DNA of 64,000 nt from Malacoraja senta (Eukaryota), in the NCBI GenBank assembly GCA_038087875.1, contig CM075992.1:3164001-3228000 (forward strand), read 5' to 3'. The position numbers and the translations under genes were made by a program. Below are positions 57,201 through 64,000 of the stretch, piece by piece (position 1 is the first letter of the stretch; every line of letters starts with the position of its first letter). The notes below the pieces were generated by a model. The model saw only the letters and a program-made list of their open reading frames with translations. It did not search any database and was not told where the DNA came from.

Positions 57201-57393
57201 ACCATCGAAGACACAAGCCCAATTAAGCGATCTGCATCCACGCTGGGCCATCAGCGCTCCAAGGGCATACGGCTGGATGACTACTCGCTGGAGAGGGTCA
57301 TTCCCGAGGAGTCACAAAGGAGCCATCGCCGCAGGGAGAGAGGTCATAGGACATCAGAGAGGTCGTTGAGTCGATACACGGATGCGGACACAG
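57201..57393 (+). CDS. CACNA1A: CACNA1A exon 45 equivalent, 193 bp
   Basis: catcag|ACC ATC GAA ... GAC ACA G|gtcagc; [64 protein letters not shown](G). Confidence 0.93.
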
Positions 57394-57600
57394 GTCAGCC
57401 CTTTTTATTACTCATCGAGGAATGGCCTTTTGCCTTTAAACTGAGTGTCTTGCTGGCCAATTGATATGACACATAATGTCTTGCTGGCCAGTTGAGATGA
57501 TACATAAGTGACAATCACATCACTAGGAGACTAGATTTATATGCAAGTTTGGCCATGTAAGGATGGTTCAGTTTAGTTTATTGTCACGTGTACCGAGGTA

Positions 57601-57783
57601 AGGGCCTGTCCCACTTGGGTGTCATTTGCGCGTCATTTACGCGACATCATTTACGCATCACGACGCACGACGCGCGCTTCGTGATGTGCACGTGTTGTGC
57701 GGCACCCCAGGATTTTGGGATGTACAAAATCTTCGCGCGCCATCTGCGTGACGCGCAAATGACGCACAAGTGGGACAGGCCCT
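57601..57783. mobile_element. PIF/Harbinger-like MITE inserted into a Rex1-type tail
   Basis: Same subfamily as 43017-43200. TSD GTA is confirmed by the empty site in the paralogous repeat at about 42001-42020 (ACCGAG GTA CAGT). Confidence 0.88.
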
Positions 57784-58463
57784 GTACTGTGAAAGGCTTT
57801 TGTTGCGTGCTAACCAGTCAGCGGAAAGACAATACATGATTATAATCAAGGCAATCGCAGCGTACAGATACACGATATGGGAATAACGTTTAGTGCAAGG
57901 TAAAGCCAGTAAAGTCCGATCAAAGAAAGTCCGAGGGTCACCAATAAGGTAGATAGTAGTTCAGGACTGCTCTCTGGTTGCAGTAGGATGGTTCAGTTGC
58001 CTGGAGGAAACTAGGTAGGTGGGAAACTGGGTAAATTTCCTTCTCAAAAAGTTACGAATGAACCAGATGTTTTTTTAGTTTTATCGTCACCCTAACTGAC
58101 ATAAGCTTTTTGTGCCATATTTATTTAACCAAATTTAAATTCTGCTGCTGCTTTGATGGGATTTGAACTGGTGTGTCCAGATCTTTAGTCCAGATAGGAC
58201 TGAGAAATAGAGTTGATACTTCCGGTCAATGAGTAAGCATCAGATGCTGTTGCTAGAAGCTGATGAAGGGTCATCGGCCTAAAATGCCAACTCTTTCTCT
58301 CCACAGATGCTGCCTGGTCTGTTGCTACCAACATGTCCTTGCTTCATTTCAGGTTTCGATAAGTCTATTTAGTGTTGTGCTTTTGTTATGACACGAGCCC
58401 TCTTGATTACTCACTTACAGGAACACAAAGAGCCATTGAAAGGCTACTGCCAGCCTGTTGAAG

Positions 58464-59120
58464 CATGCAGGTACAGCAGGCAGTGAAGAAAGCTAATGGC
58501 ATGTTGGCCTTCATAACAAGAGGAGTTGAGTATAGGAGCAAAGAGGTCCTTCTGCAGTTGTACAGGGCCCAAGTGAGACCACACCTGGAGTATTGTGTGC
58601 CGTTTTGGTCTTCAATTTTGAGGAAGGACATTCTTGCTATTGAGGGAGTACAGTGTAGGTTCACGATGTTAATTCCCAGGATGGCTGGACTGTCATTTGT
58701 TGAATGAATGGAGCGACTGGGCTTCTATACACTGGAATTTTGAAAGGATGAGAGGGTATCGTATTGAAACATATAAGATTATTAAGGGCTTGGACACGCT
58801 AGAGGCACGAAACATGTTCCCGATGTTGGGGGAGTCCTGAACCAGGGACCACAGTTTAAGAATAAAGGGTTGGCCATTTAGAACGGAGATGAGGAAAAAC
58901 TTTTTCACCCAGAGAGTTGTGAATCTGTGGAATTCTCTACCTCAGAAGGCAGTGGAGGCCAATTCTCTGGATGCTTTCAAGAGAGAGTTAGATAGAGCTC
59001 TTAAAGATAGCGGAGTCAGGGGATATGGGATGAGGCAGGAACGGGGTACTGACAATGGATGATCAGCCATGATCACAGCGAAGGGCCAAATGGCCTACTC
59101 CTGCACCTATTGTCTATTGT
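58464..59120 (+). mobile_element. CR1-type LINE 3' fragment, decayed
   Basis: MQVQQAVKKANGMLAFITRGVEYRSKEVLLQLYR..., with stop/frameshift. Confidence 0.9.
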
Positions 59121-59859
59121 CCGTAATGCAAAAAGACATTCCATGAGGAAGCCAGCCAACATACTCAGCATAGAGTTATGGTTCATGTCTGAGTGCAGTT
59201 CATTTCATATCCCAATAATGTTCAAATATTTAACAGTGGAATTTCCTTTGGGTGATAACCACACCACCTTACGGCAGCACAGTGGCGCAGTGGTAGATTT
59301 GCTGCCTTACCGCGCCAGAGACCCAGGTTCGATCCTGACTATGGGTGCAGTCTGTACGGAATTTGTGCGTTCACCCTGGGACCGCGTGGGCTTTCTCCAG
59401 GTGCTCCAGTTTCCACCCACATTCCAAAGACTTGCGGGTTTGTACGTTAATTGGCTTCTGAAATTGTCCCCAGTGTCTAAGATAGAACTATATACGGGTG
59501 ATTATTGGTTGGTGTGGACTCAGTGGGCCAAAGAGCCTGTTTCCACCCTGTATCTCTAAAATTTTAAATATGCTAAACATTACTGACCCAAACAGTGCAA
59601 GCATGCCTCAGGCTCAGTTTATGATTGAGTCCAAAAATAGATTTAGTTCACCGGAATATTATTATTCAACCTTCTTGAGCAAGGGAGGGTGTAATGGTTC
59701 AAAAATCAACCTGCAATCTCTCCTGATTGCCACACAGTGATTTATTATTTTAAGGTTGAGTGGATTTAACTTTAGGTCAAGAATGAATTTGAGTGAGATG
59801 CACTTCTACTGAAAGTGAATTGGAACTTGGGGAATATGTAGAAGTCATTGCAGCCCCTC

Positions 59860-60272
59860 ATTTCTTAGGCCCCCTTCGGTCATGGCTGACCATGGGTGTC
59901 TCCAGGGTTGGGGGGCACCTGTGCATGACTTTAACGTAGGGAGACTGGTGCACAGACAGCCACCCCACGGTCCTTGACAGATCTGGGTCAGGATCCAGTG
60001 GCATGGAGGCCAAGACGACCGGAGACCCTTTTCTGCTGCAGCCTTCATCCGCCTTCCCAGCCGTTGTGACGCTCCACTAAGGTCAGCCATCGTCCTCCGC
60101 CCGTTCCACCGTTGAGGTCTTGGTTGGATTGGCTCTTTGTCAGAGACCTCCCCCTCGACCTTACCACCATGGGTGGCCCTACCAGGAGTCTAGCTCCAGA
60201 CAGCATCACTCTCAGGATCTCAGGACCACACAAGCTTCTCCACCACGACAAGGTGACAATCCACGGAGAAGA
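59860..60272 (-). mobile_element. RTE/Rex3(Expander)-related non-autonomous element or 5' UTR fragment
   Basis: Minus strand begins CACCTTGTCGTGGTGGAGAAGCTTGTGTG...CCTGGTAGGGCCACCCATGG, resembling recalled RTE-clade 5' ends; GC-rich with a sharp compositional boundary. Confidence 0.5.
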
Positions 60273-60814
60273 TTGTTGCCCTCATGGCTCTTCAGCTTTC
60301 TAGGAGGGCATGGTCAACTTGTGACCAAAAAGGACACAAAGTGTTGGAGCAACACAGTGGGTCAGGCAGCATCTCTGGAGAACATGGATAGGTGTCATTT
60401 TCATTTGGGACCCTTCTTCAGACTGATTATGGGGAAGGGGGGGGGGGTGGAGAAGAAAGCTGGAAGAGTGGAGTGGCAGGACAAAGCATGGCAGGCAGTA
60501 ACTGGAGACAAGAGAGGAGGTTTTTAATATGCAGATAGCTGGAGCAAAAAGGTCAATGTGTGAGACAGGGCTGAAGAGTCACGAATTGTGAAGCCAGAGA
60601 GGAAAGTAGTGGGTAGTGTAGAGGTGAAATAGGTGGGAGACCAGGTGGGGCACAGGGAAGGGAGCGGGGAGAAAGGGGACAGTTTGGGGGCGGGGGGTTA
60701 GTTAGAGGTTACCTAAAATTGGCGAATTCGATGTTTATTCCGTTGAGCTGTTAGCCCTGTTTACATTCACCCCAATTATATATTCTTCCTTAAATGCCTC
60801 TTAACCTTCTAAAC

Positions 60815-62716
60815 CAGGGGTGGGGAACCTTTCCATGTTGGAATGCCAGATTAAGTTAGCTGTAATCTAATAAGGCCGCATCCAAGAAACTTCAATTAGA
60901 TATACTTCACCACATTTATCTTGAAAGTTGTTGAAGAAATCTATTCCTCGTGTTCTACCCGTAAGAGTGCCCAAAGCACTCTTCGTAGCAATAAAATAGC
61001 CCTCATGACTTACTAATGTTTTAATTGTGGCCGTCAGTTGGGGAGGATTATTTTGTTGAATCTTCTTTTACTCTTTGGTATTTTAAATACGTTCATTTTA
61101 AGATTAAAATTAGAATAATAAAAGACGAACAGTGCATATTAAGAACATAATGTACTGGTTGGATAGTTCCACTCACCAGTCGGAGTGGATAAGAATGGAG
61201 AAAGAGGAGTGTTTGCCGTACGATATAGGAACGATCTTGTTCTCACCGATAAAATTGAATAGTATAATATATAAGAAGAACCCAATTATTCACAATACAA
61301 TAAGAATTTGGAAACAAATAAAATTATCCTTGAAATTAAATAATCTATCAGTACTAACCCCAATATTGAACAATCCTGCATTCAAACCATCTTTTATCGA
61401 CAAAACATATAAACAATGGGATAGACTGTGGATTAGGAAAGTAGGAGATATGTATGAATTGGGCAAATTGTTATCATTTCAACAATTAAAATTAAAATTT
61501 AAACTGAATGATAATCAATATTTTAAATATATACAGATATGTGACTTTATGAAGAAATATATACATAGATTTCAAACTATATTTCTAGACCCTTTAGAAG
61601 AAGCAATGAATATTAAGGCTGATTCACAAAAACTAATATCATATTTTTATAATAGTATATTAAATAGAGAATTACCCTCAACAGAGGCACTAAGAGAAGA
61701 TTGGGAACATGAACTAATGATAAAGATCCCGAAAGATAGATGGGAAAAGTATCTGATGAACACACATAATTGTTCCATTAATGCAAGACATAATTTAATT
61801 CAATTTAAATTATTACATAGACTATATTATTCAAAAACGAGGTTGAATAAATTCTACCCAAATGTCTCTCCCAGATGCGATAAATGTTTGTTTCAAAATG
61901 CCAATATAACACATTCATTTGGAGGATGTACAAAGTTGAATAAATTTTGGAGCGATATATTTGATATATTTACAAAGCTCTTCAAATCAAGAATAGAACC
62001 TAATACGGAATGGATTATATTTGGAATAATAGTAGAAGATATCAATTTAAACAAAGACCAAAAAGTATTCTTTAATTATGGGTTAATAATTGGAAAGAAA
62101 TTGATACATTTTGGGAAAAATACAGCTATACCAACTATTGAAATGTGGATTAGGAATATGACGGACATAGCACACCTTGAAGAAATGAGACTCCGCCTAA
62201 TAGATAAATATGACCAATTCTTAAGGAGTTGGTCCCCTTTCATCGACTTTGGAATCATGTGATGCAGCAGTACCGTAAAGATTACTGATTTCAGGTCAGG
62301 TCGTGGATAGATTTACATCTCCGAACAAAGATTTGAACATTTCTTTTTTAAGGGCCTTTTTCTACTATTTCTACTTTTTACTTTTTCTTTTCTTATATAC
62401 ACACTTCACGTTTTTCTATTTTCTACTATCTATTTTTCCTCTTTTTCATCTCTCTATTTTTTGTATTTTTTTACTTCCTTTTCAAAAACTTAAAACTAGA
62501 GGTTGTACATAGAATTTATTACGTTATGACATAGTTGGCACCTAAAATTAGGTACCACTGTATTGTTTTGTATTGTATTAACTTCTAATAATTTTTTTTT
62601 TTTTAAACACGAACAAAAACATATTAATAAAAATAAAAGGATTTGTTCTACAAAATTTGGATTCATTCAAAAGGCCGCACTTAATGGCCTAGAAGGCCGC
62701 AGGTTCCCCACCCCTG
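60815..62716 (+). mobile_element. hAT (Charlie-like) MITE with nested L1-clade insertion
   Basis: TIR CAGGGGTGGGGAACCT / AGGTTCCCCACCCCTG; TSD TTCTAAAC / TTGTAAAC. Confidence 0.88.
61132..62608 (+). mobile_element. 5'-truncated L1-clade LINE (ORF2 C-terminal region with CCHC zinc knuckle)
   Basis: 376-aa AT-rich ORF with QFKLLHRLYYSKTRLNKFYPNVSPRCDKCLFQNANITHSFGGCTKLNKFW (C-x2-C-x8-H-x4-C), T-rich 3' UTR, flanking duplication ACGAACA. Confidence 0.85.
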
Positions 62717-63529
62717 TTGTAAACTGAAGGGAATACAGACCCGATTTGCGTATTGCCTTGTGAATTAACCCTTTCAGCCCAGGTATAATTCTAATAGATT
62801 TGTATTGCACGCAGTCAAAGCACAATACATTCTTCCTGACATATATGACCTTGAATGTGTGACTGTCGTTTAGTAGATTGACCTATGGATAATGACCTCT
62901 AAGGATAAGATGTTATACGGCATCTTACTACCATGGATTTTTTTTTTTCTGCAAGACCATCGTCTATTGCCAATATCTAATTCTCCTTGAGGTGGTGAGG
63001 GTGCCTGTTGAACTGCAACTCTCCCACCGCTGAAAGAGCTTCCAAAGAGCCTTTGGGGAGGGGACTTCCAGGATATCCACCCAGCAACAGTGAAGGAAGG
63101 GTGGTAAACATGTCCAAGTCAGAATGGTGTGTGACTTGAAGAGGAATTTACAGGTGATGACTGAAAAGCAAAAACCAAAGTGCAGATGCTGCAAATGGAA
63201 ATACTGGACACTCAGCTAATCAGGCAGTGTCTGGAAGAGAATGATGGCAGATTCCTTCTCTCCATGGATGCTGCCTCACCCGCTGAGTTTCTCCAGCATT
63301 TTTTTGTCTACTTATGGGGCATGATAGTGGCTGCTGGTGACATGCACAAGGCTTTATTCTGAAAGTGATGCTAACTACCTTTTCATGCAATAACTAGCAG
63401 AATTATCTACTTTACGCCAGGGTTGGTGTTCTGAACCAAATGGGCGACTTACCTTTGCAAATTTTGTGTGAAGCAGGTAGCTTTTCCAAATTCAAAGAAT
63501 GTGATGCCCCCCCTCCACATACACCTGGA

Positions 63530-63955
63530 TCTCCTGCCATCAGGCAAGAGATATCGCAGCATCAAAGCCCGGACTACAAGACTGCTAAACTTCTTCCTGC
63601 CATATGCTGTGAGCTGCTAAACAGCCACTCTGTACTCACAGTCACCTGATTCTGCGTCTTGGCACGGACACTTTAATAACTGGCACTGGCCACTTCAATA
63701 ACTGGCACTGGCCACTCAAATCAGCTGCCCCGGACATGTTTATGATTGGTTTGACTGTATTTTAACGTTGTTTTTACCTACTTTTTAACTATTTATACTG
63801 TTCCATCGGGGACTGGATTGTTTTTGGTGTTATTATCTGTGAAATGTTTTAAATTTCATGTGCGATGCTCCGGTATTCCCTGGGAAACGTCTTTTCATTT
63901 TGCACTGTACAAATGTTGCTTGCAAGATGACAATAAAGGTTGATTGATTGATTGA
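63530..63955 (+). mobile_element. Rex1/Babar-type LINE 3' end (other tails at about 13060-13640-, 18085-18590-, 19040-19760+, 37125-37302-, 40805-40940-, 41975-42110-, 57570-58003-)
   Basis: LLPSGKRYRSIKARTTRLLNFFLP-like ORF end, AATAAA plus (TTGA)n tail. Confidence 0.7.
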
Positions 63956-64000
63956 TGCAAGATTACTGGTCATCAGCTGAAATATGTGTCAGAAGATATG

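Noticed and set aside
61132..62262. 376-aa ORF as a nested host gene
   Set aside because: It is the C-terminal part of L1-clade ORF2, 5'-truncated, with no ATG start and bounded by a target duplication inside a MITE
57394..64000. Exons 46-47 (poly-His, SCA6-type CAG repeat region)
   Set aside because: Not found; presumably beyond the window end

Overview
Vertebrate genomic DNA, probably from a cartilaginous fish. This is inferred from HE1-type V-SINEs and elasmobranch-style CR1/Penelope repeats. The whole window lies inside one + strand gene, CACNA1A (Cav2.1, P/Q-type Ca channel alpha-1A), from the end of domain III through domain IV into the C-terminal tail. With human-equivalent numbering I can place exons 28-36, mutually exclusive 37a/37b, and 41-45. 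All have GT-AG boundaries and phases that join in frame. I also find a candidate 6-nt microexon (31a equivalent, ACCACG = Thr-Thr). Exons 38-40 are not visible and probably fall in the 200-N gap at 32295-32494. The introns are packed with repeats: CR1-type LINE 3' fragments, HE1-like tRNA SINEs, Rex1/Babar, L1/Tx1 and RTE-like pieces, PIF/Harbinger-like and hAT-like MITEs with visible TSDs, and many Penelope-derived fold-back elements carrying a hammerhead-ribozyme-like core. Most ORFs in the supplied track are repeat-derived or spurious. All family names and exon numbers come from recalled homology, not database searches. Repeat boundaries are approximate unless a TSD is quoted.
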